From Chloroflexota bacterium (lineage in GTDB: Bacteria > Chloroflexota > Limnocylindria > Limnocylindrales > CSP1-4): a stretch of 64,000 nt of DNA. Positions 28,051-37,882 of the stretch are shown here, piece by piece (the stretch's first letter is position 1; every line of letters starts with the position of its first letter). The DNA lies in NCBI GenBank assembly GCA_034667005.1, contig JAXDKU010000077.1, positions 12,784 to 76,783 of the forward strand, in the 5' to 3' direction. The position numbers were made by a program, and so were the translations under genes. The notes under the pieces are model-generated. The model did not search any database. It saw only the letters and a program-made list of their open reading frames with translations, and was not told the DNA's origin.

Positions 28051-28752
28051 GTGCCGTCGCAGGACCTAGCAGCACACCCGGCCGCGCGCAAGGTCACCAC
28101 CCTGGCCGCACGCCCGAGCCGCGCCTCGGAGGTGCTGGAGGTGCTGCGCACCGCGATCGTCTCGGGTGAGATCGTACCCGGCAGCCTGCACAGCGTCGCC
28201 GAGCTGGCCTCGTCGTTCGGCGTCTCCCGCACGCCCGTGCGCGAGGCGCTCATCGAGCTTGCCGGGCGCGGGATGGTCCGCTTCGAGCGCAACCGCGGCG
28301 TCCGCGTGCTCCAGACGTCGGTGCACGACCTGGAGGAGATCTTCGAGCTGCGACTCATCCTGGAGGTCACCGCGACCCGGCGGGCGATCGAGCGGATCAC
28401 GCCTGACGCGCGCCGCAAGCTGCGAGCCGCCGTCGCAGGCATGAAGCGCGCGTCCGCCGCCGATGACGCCGCCCGCCTCTGGGTGTTCGATCGCTCCTTC
28501 CACCACACGCTGCTCGTCCAGGCCGGCAATCGCCGGCTGGCCGACTACGTCGATTCGCTGCGCGACATGGTGCTGGTGCGCGGCGTGACGACCGCTGGCC
28601 TGAGCCGGACGCTGGACGAGATCGTCGACGAGCACCAGGTCGTCCTCGACTTCATCGAGGCCGGGGACGCCGAGGGCGCCGCAGAGGCGATGCGCCGCCA
28701 CATCGCACAGACGGCGGAGCTGATCATCCAACAGGAGAGCCGCTCCCGGTGA
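28051..28752 (+). CDS. GntR family transcriptional regulator (FadR/FCD subfamily)
   Basis: GTG at 28051 with GGGAG upstream. wHTH S..ELA..FGVSRTPVREAL..L...G.V and a C-terminal helical FCD domain (H..I...I..GD...A...M..H). Confidence 0.9.
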   Translation: MPSQDLAAHPAARKVTTLAARPSRASEVLEVLRTAIVSGEIVPGSLHSVAELASSFGVSRTPVREALIELAGRGMVRFERNRGVRVLQTSVHDLEEIFELRLILEVTATRRAIERITPDARRKLRAAVAGMKRASAADDAARLWVFDRSFHHTLLVQAGNRRLADYVDSLRDMVLVRGVTTAGLSRTLDEIVDEHQVVLDFIEAGDAEGAAEAMRRHIAQTAELIIQQESRSR

Positions 28753-30224
28753 CCGCTGGGGGGACCGGCGATCAGGGCGACCAGGACCGGCTCCTGGACG
28801 ACCTCCGCGCCGCCGTGGGAGCTGCGCACCTGCTGGTCGCTCCGGACCTGAAGGCGGGCTTCGAGCTGGACTGGACCAGGCGGTTCCACGGCGTGGCGCT
28901 GGCGGTCGTCCGGCCGGGCAGCACCGATGAGGTGGTGGCCGTCGTATCGGCGTGCAACCGCGCGGGAGTCGGCATCGTGCCCCAGGGGGGCAACACCGGG
29001 CTCGTCGGGGGCGCCGTCCCGCGCTCGGGCGAGGTGGTCCTGTCGCTCCAGCGCCTGTCGCGGCCTCCGGTGATCGACGCTGAGGCCGGCGAGGCGATCG
29101 CCGATGCCGGCGTCACGCTGGCCGAGCTCCACCGGGCCGCCGCCAAGGCGTCGCTCGACTTCGGGGTCGATTTCGCGGCCCGTGACGCCGCCACGATCGG
29201 CGGCATGATCGCCACGAACGCAGGCGGGTCACGGGTGCTGCGCTACGGCACCATGCGCGGCCAGGTCCTTGGCCTGGAAGCCGTCCTGGCGGACGGCTCG
29301 GTGGTTCGTCGCATGACCGGGGTGCGGAAGGACAACACCGGCTACGACCTGGCCTCGCTGCTTGCCGGCAGCGAAGGGACGCTCGGCGTCATCACGCAGG
29401 CGCGGCTGCGGCTCGTGCCGACCGCGAGCCGGAAGGTGGTCGCCGTCATCGCCGTCGAGCGCACCGACCAGGCGCTCGAGATCGTCGCCGCGCTGCGACG
29501 CCGCGGCGCGCCGCTGGACGCCGCCGAGCTGTTCTACGGCGACGGCCTGGAGATCGTCCTCAATCACTCGCGGGAGCGGCCGCCGTTTGCCGTCCGCCAC
29601 CCCGCCTACCTCTTCATCGAGATCAGCTCCAACACCGATCCGATGGTGGACCTCGAGGCGGTCCTTGACGGTCGCGACGATGTCCTCGACGTGGCCGTCT
29701 CGGAGGACTCGGACGGACAGAGCCGCCTCTGGCAGCTCCGTGACGGACATGCGGAGGCCGTCGCGAGCCTGGGCATCCCGCACAAGATCGACGTGGCCGT
29801 TCCGCTCGGCCGGCTCGCTGCCTTCGAGGGCCGTGTCCGTGCCCTGATCGCCTCGGTCGCTCCATCGGCCCAGACGGTGATCTGGGGGCACGCGGGCGAC
29901 GGCAACTTCCACGTCAACGTCCTTGGGCTGCCGCCCGACGATGTCACCGTGGACGACGCGGTGCTGCGGCTGGCCGTCGAGATGGGGGGCAGCATCAGCG
30001 CGGAGCACGGGATCGGACGGGCGAAGACCCGCTGGCTGCCGATCGACCGCTCGCCGGCCGACCTCGCCGCGATGCGCGCGATCAAGCGCGCGCTCGACCC
30101 TGCCGGCATCCTCAATCCCGGCGTCCTGTTCGAGCGCCCCGCCGGCACCGCCGCGGACGGCCAGGCACAGGAGGCCGCGGCCGCGGGACCCGCCGAGCCG
30201 GCTGCCGTCAACGGAGCGGTCTAG
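28749..30224 (+). CDS. FAD-linked oxidase (GlcD / D-lactate / D-2-hydroxyacid dehydrogenase-like)
   Basis: GTGA overlap with gntR. FAD-binding PCMH domain: V.P.S..EV..VV..C.......VPQGGNTGLVGG, then ATNAGG....YG..R and DNTGYDL..L..GSEGTLG. Confidence 0.85.
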   Translation: MTAGGTGDQGDQDRLLDDLRAAVGAAHLLVAPDLKAGFELDWTRRFHGVALAVVRPGSTDEVVAVVSACNRAGVGIVPQGGNTGLVGGAVPRSGEVVLSLQRLSRPPVIDAEAGEAIADAGVTLAELHRAAAKASLDFGVDFAARDAATIGGMIATNAGGSRVLRYGTMRGQVLGLEAVLADGSVVRRMTGVRKDNTGYDLASLLAGSEGTLGVITQARLRLVPTASRKVVAVIAVERTDQALEIVAALRRRGAPLDAAELFYGDGLEIVLNHSRERPPFAVRHPAYLFIEISSNTDPMVDLEAVLDGRDDVLDVAVSEDSDGQSRLWQLRDGHAEAVASLGIPHKIDVAVPLGRLAAFEGRVRALIASVAPSAQTVIWGHAGDGNFHVNVLGLPPDDVTVDDAVLRLAVEMGGSISAEHGIGRAKTRWLPIDRSPADLAAMRAIKRALDPAGILNPGVLFERPAGTAADGQAQEAAAAGPAEPAAVNGAV

Positions 30225-30233
30225 CCTCTCACC

Positions 30234-31118
30234 ATGGAGCCGGCCGCCTTCTTCCAGAGCCTGCTGTCCGGGGCCTCCGCCGGCGGCATCTACGCGCTCG
30301 TCGCGATCGGCTTCGGCGTGATGTACCGGACGACGCGGGTCTTCAACTTCGCGCAGGGCGACTTCGGCGCGCTCGGCGCGTACGTGGCCTTCACGCTGGC
30401 CGTGACCTGGCACCTGCCGTTCTGGGCGGTCGTGCCGCTGGCGTGCATCGTCGTCGGCGTCCTCGCGGTCGTGGTCGAACGGATCGCGCTGCGGCCGCTC
30501 TACCGTCATGGCGAGGCGTACACGTTCATCGCCACGATCGGGCTGGCCTTCGCCATCCAGAGCGCCATCCAGCAGATCTGGGGGCCGCGACCGCGCGTCC
30601 TGCCGAGCGTCTTCGGCGATACCGCGGTCCAGGTCTTCGGTCTCCGCGTGGTGCCGCAGCTCGCCGCCATGCTGGTCATCTCGCTGGCGCTCGCAGGCGC
30701 GCTCTACCTGTTCTTCACGCGCACCAAGATCGGCACCGCCATGCGGGCGGCCGCCCACAACCGGCGCGTCGCCGGCCTGCTCGGGATCCCCGTCGACCGG
30801 ATCTTCAGCCTCGCCTTCTTCCTCGGCGGCGCCGTCGGTGCCCTCGCCGGCATCCTCATCGCACCCATCGGCCTGCTGACGCCCTCGATGGGTGCCTCCC
30901 TCGGCGTCCCCGGCTTCATCGCCGCGCTGCTCGGCGGGCTGGGGAGCATGCCGGGCGCCGTGATCGGCGGCCTGCTCATCGGGATCGTGCAGTCGTTCGC
31001 GGTGTTCGTGGTCGACCCGCGCTACCGGGACCTGGTCGTCTACGCCGCGTTCATCCTGGTCATGCTGGTGCGGCCGAGCGGCTTTTTCAGCGAAGAGTTC
31101 CGGGCGCGGCGGATCTAG
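30234..31118 (+). CDS. branched-chain amino acid-type ABC transporter permease (LivH-like)
   Basis: Pattern GG.YAL.A.G....Y......NFAQG....GAY, with a G.LGS..GA..GG C-terminal motif. Confidence 0.85.
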   Translation: MEPAAFFQSLLSGASAGGIYALVAIGFGVMYRTTRVFNFAQGDFGALGAYVAFTLAVTWHLPFWAVVPLACIVVGVLAVVVERIALRPLYRHGEAYTFIATIGLAFAIQSAIQQIWGPRPRVLPSVFGDTAVQVFGLRVVPQLAAMLVISLALAGALYLFFTRTKIGTAMRAAAHNRRVAGLLGIPVDRIFSLAFFLGGAVGALAGILIAPIGLLTPSMGASLGVPGFIAALLGGLGSMPGAVIGGLLIGIVQSFAVFVVDPRYRDLVVYAAFILVMLVRPSGFFSEEFRARRI

Positions 31119-31119
31119 G

Positions 31120-32148
31120 GTGCCGGCCAACCTCCGTATCGCGCCCAAGGTCAGGCGACTGGCCGACGCCTACGACTCGAGCTTCCGGGTGCAGGGCCTC
31201 GCGTCGATCGCTCGCTACACGCTCCTGATCGTCGTGCTGTGGAGCCTGCTGCCGCTCTTCCCGGCGCAGTACCAGACGCGCCTCGCCAACCTCGTGCTCG
31301 TCCAGGCCATCGCCGCGCTGGGCGTGAACATCATCCTTGGCTACGCCGGGCTCATCTCGATCGCCCATGCCGCGACGATGGCGATCGGCGCCTATGCGTC
31401 GGCGCTCCTGATGATGCGGCTGGAGTGGCCCTTCGCCGCCGCGTTCGTCGGCGCGTGCGTCCTGGGTGCCCTCGTGAGCGCGGTCGTGGGGATCCTCGGG
31501 ACCCGCATCCAGACCAACTACTTCCTGCTGGTCACCCTCGCGCTCGCCGGCTCCGTGCGCCTGATCATCGTCAACGAGAGTGGCCTCACCGGCGGGCCGA
31601 CCGGTCTCTTCGGGGTGCCACCGGCGGAGCTCTTCGGCTGGGTCGCCGAGAGCGATTCGGCCTTCTACATGCTGGTCGTGCCGATCGCGGCGCTGGCCCT
31701 GTACCTGGCCCAGCGCCTGCGGGTCTCGAGGACCGGACGGGCGATGATCGCGCTGCGCCTGAACGAGCCCGCCGCGCTGATGAGCGGGATCGACGTGAAG
31801 CGCTATCGCATCGCGGCCATGGCCCTCGGCGGCGCCTATCTCGGCGCGTCCGGGAGCCTCTTCGCCCACCTCGTCCGGTTTCTGGGCCCAGAGTCGTTCA
31901 GCCTCAGCCTCGCGCTCCTGTTGACGCTGATGGTGGTGGTCGGGGGCATCGGCTCCAACGCCGGGACCGTCCTCTCGGTCGCCGTGCTCGTGGTCGTCAC
32001 GGCGCAGATCCAGGACGTCGGCAATGCCTGGGTCTTCTACTACGGCGTGCTGATCATGGCCATGCTGGTGGTCGCGCCGCGAGGCCTCGCCTCGATCGTG
32101 CCGCTCGTCCGGCCGCGGCTCGCCGCGCTCGTCGGCCGGAGGCGCTGA
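31120..32148 (+). CDS. branched-chain amino acid-type ABC transporter permease (LivM-like)
   Basis: GTG at 31120 lies 1 nt after the upstream stop. Multi-span protein with the motif LGYAGLISIAHAA. Confidence 0.85.
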   Translation: MPANLRIAPKVRRLADAYDSSFRVQGLASIARYTLLIVVLWSLLPLFPAQYQTRLANLVLVQAIAALGVNIILGYAGLISIAHAATMAIGAYASALLMMRLEWPFAAAFVGACVLGALVSAVVGILGTRIQTNYFLLVTLALAGSVRLIIVNESGLTGGPTGLFGVPPAELFGWVAESDSAFYMLVVPIAALALYLAQRLRVSRTGRAMIALRLNEPAALMSGIDVKRYRIAAMALGGAYLGASGSLFAHLVRFLGPESFSLSLALLLTLMVVVGGIGSNAGTVLSVAVLVVVTAQIQDVGNAWVFYYGVLIMAMLVVAPRGLASIVPLVRPRLAALVGRRR

Positions 32149-32149
32149 C

Positions 32150-32923
32150 GTGACCGAGCACCTGCTCGAGCTGCGTAATGTGAGCGTCCGATTCGGGGGC
32201 CTTCAGGCGCTCGACGACGTCTCGCTGACCGTGCCGCGCGGCGAGATTCGCGCGGTCATCGGCCCCAACGGGTCCGGCAAGACCACGCTGCTGAATGCCA
32301 TCTCCGGCTTCGTGCGGCTGGCGCGAGGCGAGATCCTCCTCGACGGACGCGCGATCCACCGGCTGCCGTCCCACCGGAGGGTCCAGGCCGGCCTCGCGCG
32401 CACGTTCCAGAGCGCGAGTGTCTTCGGCGAGCTGGACCTCATCGACAACGTCCGCGTCGGGCTCCACCGCACGGACCCCCACTCCCTTATCGACGCCTTC
32501 ATCCCCGGCCGCAACGAGCGCCTCTCGGCTGAGACGCGGCGGACCGCGATGGACCACCTCCGAGCCGTCGGCCTCGACACGCATGCGGCCAGCCTCGCCG
32601 ACTCGCTGGCGTATGGCCAGCAGCGGCTGCTCGACTTCGCTCGGGCCGCCGCCACCAAGCCCGCGCTGATCCTGCTCGACGAGCCCACCGCGGGCCTCAA
32701 CAGCACGGAGATCGAGCGTCTGCGTGGCGACATCCGGCGACTGCGCGACCTGAACACGACCGTGGTGCTCATCGAGCACCACATGCCGTTCGTGATGGAC
32801 CTGTGCGACACCGTCACCGTGCTGAACTTCGGGCGCGTCATCGCCTCGGGCCGGCCGGCGGAGGTCCGCGCCGATCCGGCCGTGGTCGCGTCGTACCTCG
32901 GGACACGAGGCGCGAAGCCATGA
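32150..32923 (+). CDS. ABC transporter ATP-binding protein (LivG-like)
   Basis: Walker A GPNGSGKTT, signature-region YGQQRLL and Walker B LLDEPTAG. Confidence 0.9.
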   Translation: MTEHLLELRNVSVRFGGLQALDDVSLTVPRGEIRAVIGPNGSGKTTLLNAISGFVRLARGEILLDGRAIHRLPSHRRVQAGLARTFQSASVFGELDLIDNVRVGLHRTDPHSLIDAFIPGRNERLSAETRRTAMDHLRAVGLDTHAASLADSLAYGQQRLLDFARAAATKPALILLDEPTAGLNSTEIERLRGDIRRLRDLNTTVVLIEHHMPFVMDLCDTVTVLNFGRVIASGRPAEVRADPAVVASYLGTRGAKP

Positions 32924-33630
32924 CGGAGCTGCGAGTTCAGGAGCTGACCACGGGCTACCACGCCCCGCTCGAGGCGCTCACCGGCGTCAACCTGACCGTG
33001 CGAAGCGGCCAGATCGTGGCGCTCGTCGGGCCCAACGGGGCGGGCAAGACCACCCTGCTCTCCGCGATCTCCGGCCTCCTGCGCACGTGGAAGGGCAGCA
33101 TCGCCATCGACGGCCGAGAGATCTCGAACCGGGCGCCCTCGGCCATCGTCAAGGCCGGCATCGCCCAGGTGCCCGAGGGCCGCGGCATGCTCCCGGGCCT
33201 CACGATCGCGGAGAACCTGGCGATGGGTGCCTACACCGTGGACCGTGCTACGACGAAGCGATCGCTCGAGCGCGTGTATGCGCTGTTCCCCCTCCTGGTG
33301 GAGCGGGCCGGACAGGCCGCGGGCACGCTGTCCGGTGGCGAGCAGCAGATGCTCGCCGTTGGCCGCGCCCTGATGAGCGAGCCGACCGTCCTCCTGCTCG
33401 ACGAGCCCTCGATGGGCCTCGCGCCGCTGTTCGTGGAACGGCTGTTCGACCACCTGACGCGACTGCGTGAGGACGGGCTGGGGATCCTCCTCGTGGAGCA
33501 GAACGCGCAACTGGCCTTCGAGGTCTCGGAGCACGCCTACGTGCTCGAACGCGGCCGGATCGTGCTGGACGGCCCGTCGGCGGAATGCGCCGTTGATCCA
33601 CGCGTCGTTGCGTCCTACCTCGGCGTATGA
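32920..33630 (+). CDS. ABC transporter ATP-binding protein (LivF-like)
   Basis: ATGA overlap at 32920-32923. Walker A GPNGAGKTT, signature LSGGEQQML, Walker B LLLDEPS. Confidence 0.9.
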   Translation: MTELRVQELTTGYHAPLEALTGVNLTVRSGQIVALVGPNGAGKTTLLSAISGLLRTWKGSIAIDGREISNRAPSAIVKAGIAQVPEGRGMLPGLTIAENLAMGAYTVDRATTKRSLERVYALFPLLVERAGQAAGTLSGGEQQMLAVGRALMSEPTVLLLDEPSMGLAPLFVERLFDHLTRLREDGLGILLVEQNAQLAFEVSEHAYVLERGRIVLDGPSAECAVDPRVVASYLGV

Positions 33631-36005
33631 CGGCGCCCGCCGGCATCATCGGGCAGCGCCTCAAGCGCGTCGAGGATCGCCGCCTGGTCATGGGCGGCGG
33701 CGCGTACGTCGACGACATCCACGTCGCGGGGGAGCTGCACCTGGCCGTGCTCCGCAGCCCGTTCGCCCACGCGCGGATCAACTCGATCGCGGCCGAGCGG
33801 GCGCGCCAGATGCCGGGTGTCGTCAACGTATTCACGGCAGCAGACCTGGGGGCGCGCAACGGTCCCATCCCCAGCCCCGTCTGGGCTCCGCCGGCGCTCG
33901 GCCTGGTCGAGCGGGTCGCGCCCTTCCTCCAGCCGGAGCTGATGCACGTCCTGGCGCGCGATCGGGTGCGCCACGCCGGCGAGGCGATCGCGGCCGTGGT
34001 CGCCACGGACCGCTACGTCGCAGAGGATGCGCTCGCCGAGATCGAGGTCGACTACGAGCCGTTGACCGTCGTTTCGGACATCGACGCAGCGCTCGAGCCC
34101 GGCGCGCCGCTGGTCAACGAGGACTGGCCCGACAACGTCGCGGCGCGATTCGTCGTCGAGAAGGGCGACGTGGATGCTGCCTTCCGCGCAGCGGACCGGG
34201 TCGTGACAGCGCGGCTCACGATCCCGCGCTCGACGCTGACGCCGATCGAGAACCGCGGCGTCGTGGCCGAGCCCGACCGGCGCTCCGGCGGGCTGACGGT
34301 GTGGTCGTCGACCCAGCAGCCGCACTACCTGCACAGGGCGCTCGAGGAGCTGCTCGGCATTCCAGGCGACGCGATCCGTGTCGTCGCACCCGACGTCGGC
34401 GGCGGCTTCGGCGTGAAGTCGATGGTCTATCCCGAGGAGCTGCTGGTGCCCGTGCTGGCGCTCGCGCTGGGCCGCGCCGTCCGCTGGACGGACACCCGCC
34501 GCGAGAACTTCGTGAGCGCGGTGCACTCGCGCGATCAGCGACACGACATCGAGCTTGCCCTGCGGGCCGACGGGACCCTGCTTGGCCTCCGGGATCGGTT
34601 CGTCGTGGACGCCGGGTGCAGCAACATCGAAGGCCTGGTCTGTCCGTACAACACGGCCGCACACCTTCCGGGGCCGTACCGCATCCCCGCCCTGCGGATC
34701 GAATCGCTGACGGTGCTGACGAACAAGGTGCCCAACGCAGCCCACCGCGGAGCCGGCCGGCCCGAGGCGGTGTTCGCGCTCGAGGGCGCCCTCGACGTCG
34801 CGGCAGAGGCGCTCGGCCTGGACGGCGTCGAGCTCCGGCGCCGCAACATCGTCGGCCCCGCCGACCTGCCCTACGACGTGGGGATCCCGTACCGGGACGG
34901 CAAGCCGCTGGTCCTCGACGGTGACAGCCTGGGATGCCTGGAGGACGCCGTCGAAGCGATCGGCTGGAGCGGCTTCCGGGCGCGGCAGGACGAGCTGCGG
35001 CTCGCCGGCCGGTACCTCGGGCTGGGGTTCGCCTCGTACATCGAGGGGAGCGGCATCGGTCCGTACGAGAGCGCCCACGTCCGCGTCCATCCGAGCGGCC
35101 GCGTCGTCGTCACGGTCGCGGCACCCTCCCAGGGCCAGGGGCACGAGACGACGCTCGCGCAGATCTGCGCCGCGTCGCTGGGCGCGCGCGTTCAGGACGT
35201 GCGCGTCATCCAGGGCGACACGGCCGCGCTGCCCTTCGGAACGGGCACGTTCGACAGCCGCACCGCGATCGTCGTCGGGAACGCGGTCGCCGTCGCGTCG
35301 GCTCAGCTCAAGGAGAAGGTGCTCGCCGCCGCGGCAGACGCGCTCGAGGTCTCGCCGCTGGACCTCGATGTCGTGGACGGGCGCATCGAGGTCGCCGGCT
35401 CGCCCGGTGCCGGCCTCACCCTCGGACAGCTTGCGACCCGGATCGGCCCGGGAACCGGCAGGCTCGGCGCGGCCGGACCGGGCCTCGAGGTCCACAGCGG
35501 CTACGAGCTGCCCTCGATCCCGTTCTCGACGGGCGCCCACGCGTGCATCGTCGAGGTCGACACGGAGACCGGCGAGGTCCGCATCGAGCACTACGTCGTC
35601 GTGCACGACTCCGGACGGCTGATCAATCCACTCATCGTCGAGGGCCAGCTGATGGGCGGCCTGGTCCAGGGTCTGGGCGGCGCGCTCCTGGAGGAGCTCG
35701 TCTACGACGAGGACGGCCAGCTTCGCTCCGGCACGTTCATGGACTACGGGCTGCCCCGCTCGACCGACATCCCGCGGGTGACGTTGCTGCACCGCGAGTC
35801 GGCGACGGCCAGCAATCCCCTCCAGGTCAAGGGCGTCGGCGAGTCGGGCGTGATCCCGGTCGCGGCGGCCGTGGTCGGCGCCGTGAACGACGCGCTCCGA
35901 CCCCTGGGAGCTCGCCTGGCCACCTATCCGGTCACGGTCGACCGGGTCCTCACCCTGCTGGCGGACGCGGCGGCGAGGCCCGTCGCCGAGCGGGTGGCGG
36001 TCTAG
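33627..36005 (+). CDS. molybdopterin-binding large subunit of a xanthine dehydrogenase-family hydroxylase (form-II CoxL-like)
   Basis: ATGA overlap with the LivF-like gene. Active-site loop AAHRGAGRPEA resembles the form-II AYRGAGR, not the form-I AYxCSFR. Motif DVGGGFG, and C-terminal catalytic Glu context KGVGESG. Confidence 0.9.
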   Translation: MTAPAGIIGQRLKRVEDRRLVMGGGAYVDDIHVAGELHLAVLRSPFAHARINSIAAERARQMPGVVNVFTAADLGARNGPIPSPVWAPPALGLVERVAPFLQPELMHVLARDRVRHAGEAIAAVVATDRYVAEDALAEIEVDYEPLTVVSDIDAALEPGAPLVNEDWPDNVAARFVVEKGDVDAAFRAADRVVTARLTIPRSTLTPIENRGVVAEPDRRSGGLTVWSSTQQPHYLHRALEELLGIPGDAIRVVAPDVGGGFGVKSMVYPEELLVPVLALALGRAVRWTDTRRENFVSAVHSRDQRHDIELALRADGTLLGLRDRFVVDAGCSNIEGLVCPYNTAAHLPGPYRIPALRIESLTVLTNKVPNAAHRGAGRPEAVFALEGALDVAAEALGLDGVELRRRNIVGPADLPYDVGIPYRDGKPLVLDGDSLGCLEDAVEAIGWSGFRARQDELRLAGRYLGLGFASYIEGSGIGPYESAHVRVHPSGRVVVTVAAPSQGQGHETTLAQICAASLGARVQDVRVIQGDTAALPFGTGTFDSRTAIVVGNAVAVASAQLKEKVLAAAADALEVSPLDLDVVDGRIEVAGSPGAGLTLGQLATRIGPGTGRLGAAGPGLEVHSGYELPSIPFSTGAHACIVEVDTETGEVRIEHYVVVHDSGRLINPLIVEGQLMGGLVQGLGGALLEELVYDEDGQLRSGTFMDYGLPRSTDIPRVTLLHRESATASNPLQVKGVGESGVIPVAAAVVGAVNDALRPLGARLATYPVTVDRVLTLLADAAARPVAERVAV

Positions 36006-36007
36006 CG

Positions 36008-36883
36008 ATGTATCCCCCGAGCTTCGAGTACCACGTCGCGACCAGCTTCGCGGACGCCACGCAACTCCTGGTCGACCTCGAAGGCGCCAAGCTGCTGGCA
36101 GGGGGATGCAGCCTCATCCCCCTGATGAAGTTCCGGCTCGCCCAGCCGCCGCACCTCGTGGACCTGAACCGGATCCCCGGCGCGCGCTACGTCATCGAGG
36201 ACGATGGCGTGCTGCGGATCGGCGCGCTCACCCGCGAGAGCGAGGTCGAGCGGTCGGCGGTGGTCCTGCGTCGGTATCCCATCCTGGCGGAGGTGAGCGC
36301 CGTCATCGCCGATCCGCTCGTCCGCAACATGGGCACGATCGGCGGCAACCTGGCCCACGGAGATCCGGCCAACGATCACCCGGCCGCGATGCTGGCGCTC
36401 GGCGCCGAGCTGCTGGTCCAGGGGCGCGAGGGGATGCGCACGATCCCGTGCGCGGCGTTCTTCCTGGACCTGTTCGAGACCGCGCTCCAGCCCGACGAGG
36501 TCGTCGTCGAGATCCGGATCCCCGCCCCTGCGGCCGGCAGCGGGGCCGCCTACGTCAAGTTCGAGCGCCAGGTCGGCGACTTCGCGATCGCCGGCGCGGC
36601 CGTCAACCTTCGCCTCGCGGACGGCCGGATCCGGGACGCCGCCATCAGCCTGACCAACGCCGGGCCCGTCCCCTCGCGGATGGCGGCGGCCGAGGACGCG
36701 CTCAACGGCAGCACCGGGGATCCCGGCACGCTTGAGGCGGCCGCCCGCCTGGCTGCGGCCGGATGCGAGCCGTGGACGGACCTGCGCGGCAGCGTGACGG
36801 TCAAACGGCAGCTCGCCGGCGTGGCGGTCAAGCGCGCGGTCACGGCGGCCCTGGCCCGCGCGCGAGGTGGCCCGCATGCATGA
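36008..36883 (+). CDS. FAD-binding medium subunit (CoxM-like) of the molybdo-hydroxylase
   Basis: ATG at 36008. Motifs LLAGGCSLIPLMK and VRNMGTIGGNLAHGDPANDHP. Confidence 0.9.
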   Translation: MYPPSFEYHVATSFADATQLLVDLEGAKLLAGGCSLIPLMKFRLAQPPHLVDLNRIPGARYVIEDDGVLRIGALTRESEVERSAVVLRRYPILAEVSAVIADPLVRNMGTIGGNLAHGDPANDHPAAMLALGAELLVQGREGMRTIPCAAFFLDLFETALQPDEVVVEIRIPAPAAGSGAAYVKFERQVGDFAIAGAAVNLRLADGRIRDAAISLTNAGPVPSRMAAAEDALNGSTGDPGTLEAAARLAAAGCEPWTDLRGSVTVKRQLAGVAVKRAVTAALARARGGPHA

Positions 36884-37391
36884 GCTGCCGATCACGGTCC
36901 GCGTCAATGGCTCCCCGCGCGAGGCCGTGGTCGAGCCGCGTCTCCTGCTGGTCCACCTGCTGCGCGACGTCTTCGGGCTGACCGGCACGCACATCGGCTG
37001 CGACACGACCAGTTGCGGTGCGTGCACCGTGCTGGTCGACGGAAGGCCGGTGAAGTCGTGCACGATGTTCGCGGTCCAGGCCGACGATCTGGACGTCATG
37101 ACCATCGAAGGCGTGGCGGACGGGGAACGGCTGCACCCGCTCCAGCAGGGCTTTTACGAGGAGCACGGACTCCAGTGCGGGTTCTGCACCCCCGGCATGA
37201 TCCTGGCAGCCATGCCCCTTCTCGAGGAGCCGGCGGCCGTCGACGACCACGCGGTTCGCCGCGCGATCTCGGGGAACCTCTGCCGCTGCACGGGCTACGA
37301 CAACATCGTGCGGGCGATCCAGTGGGGGCTCCGGGCGGCGAGTCAAGCCGACGGCCCTCGCACGCCGCCGGCCGAACCACAGGCGCTGTAA
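36867..37391 (+). CDS. [2Fe-2S]-binding small subunit (CoxS-like) of the molybdo-hydroxylase
   Basis: The start is GTG at 36867 or ATG at 36876, overlapping the coxM-like stop. Cluster motifs GCDTTSCGACTV and CGFCTPG...C...CRCTGY. Confidence 0.9.
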   Translation: MARMHELPITVRVNGSPREAVVEPRLLLVHLLRDVFGLTGTHIGCDTTSCGACTVLVDGRPVKSCTMFAVQADDLDVMTIEGVADGERLHPLQQGFYEEHGLQCGFCTPGMILAAMPLLEEPAAVDDHAVRRAISGNLCRCTGYDNIVRAIQWGLRAASQADGPRTPPAEPQAL

Positions 37392-37402
37392 CGGAGGACG
37401 GA

Positions 37403-37843
37403 ATGCATTTTGCCGGCACCGCTCGGATCCGGGCCCCGCGCGACGAGGTCTGGGCCTTCGTCATCGACCCCCAGAAGGTCGCGGCGTGCGGTCCGGGCGT
37501 GGAATCCGTCGAGGTCATCGACGCGACCCACTTCAAGGCGATCGCCAAGGTTGGCGTGGGCTACATCAGTGCCCGCTTCACGGTGAACCTCGAGCTCGCC
37601 GAGCAGACGGCGCCGGAGCGGGCGGTGGTCAAAGGGCGCGGCCAGGCACCGGGGAGCGCGGTCGACGGCGTCGGCACGATCGAGCTGCGGGAGGATCCCG
37701 ACGGCGGCACGGTCATGGACTGGCAGGCGGACGTCACGATCTCCGGGATGCTCGCGTCCGTCGGCGCGCGCCTCATCGAAGGCACCGCGGACAAGCTCAT
37801 CGGCCAGACGTTCGCCTGCTTCCAGACCAAATTGGAGGCGTAG
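37403..37843 (+). CDS. SRPBCC-fold CoxG-like protein (carbon monoxide dehydrogenase subunit G family)
   Basis: In ORF 37013..37843. ATG at 37403 follows GGAGGACGG. The pattern G...I.APR..VW.F..DP..V..C.PG is typical of CoxG. Confidence 0.8.
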   Translation: MHFAGTARIRAPRDEVWAFVIDPQKVAACGPGVESVEVIDATHFKAIAKVGVGYISARFTVNLELAEQTAPERAVVKGRGQAPGSAVDGVGTIELREDPDGGTVMDWQADVTISGMLASVGARLIEGTADKLIGQTFACFQTKLEA

Positions 37844-37882
37844 CGCGGCCGGGGGGCGCCACGCGTCGCAGACGCCTCCCTG

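Noticed and set aside
33615-35792. Long antisense ORFs, for example 725 aa here, 806 aa at 51477-53897, 577 aa at 17136-18869 and 639 aa at 29229-31148
   Set aside because: They are Arg/Gly/Pro/Asp/His-rich with no family resemblance. Each lies exactly opposite a gene with clear homology and strong third-position GC bias. This is the expected stop-codon depletion artefact of ~70% GC DNA.
33627-37843. Aerobic carbon monoxide dehydrogenase (coxLMS plus coxG)
   Set aside because: The large subunit has an AAHRGAGR loop rather than the form-I AYxCSFR loop with the Cu-binding Cys. The gene order is L-M-S rather than M-S-L. The operon is fused to an amino-acid-type ABC importer, and coxD/E/F are absent. 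It is better called a form-II CoxL-like hydroxylase of unknown substrate.
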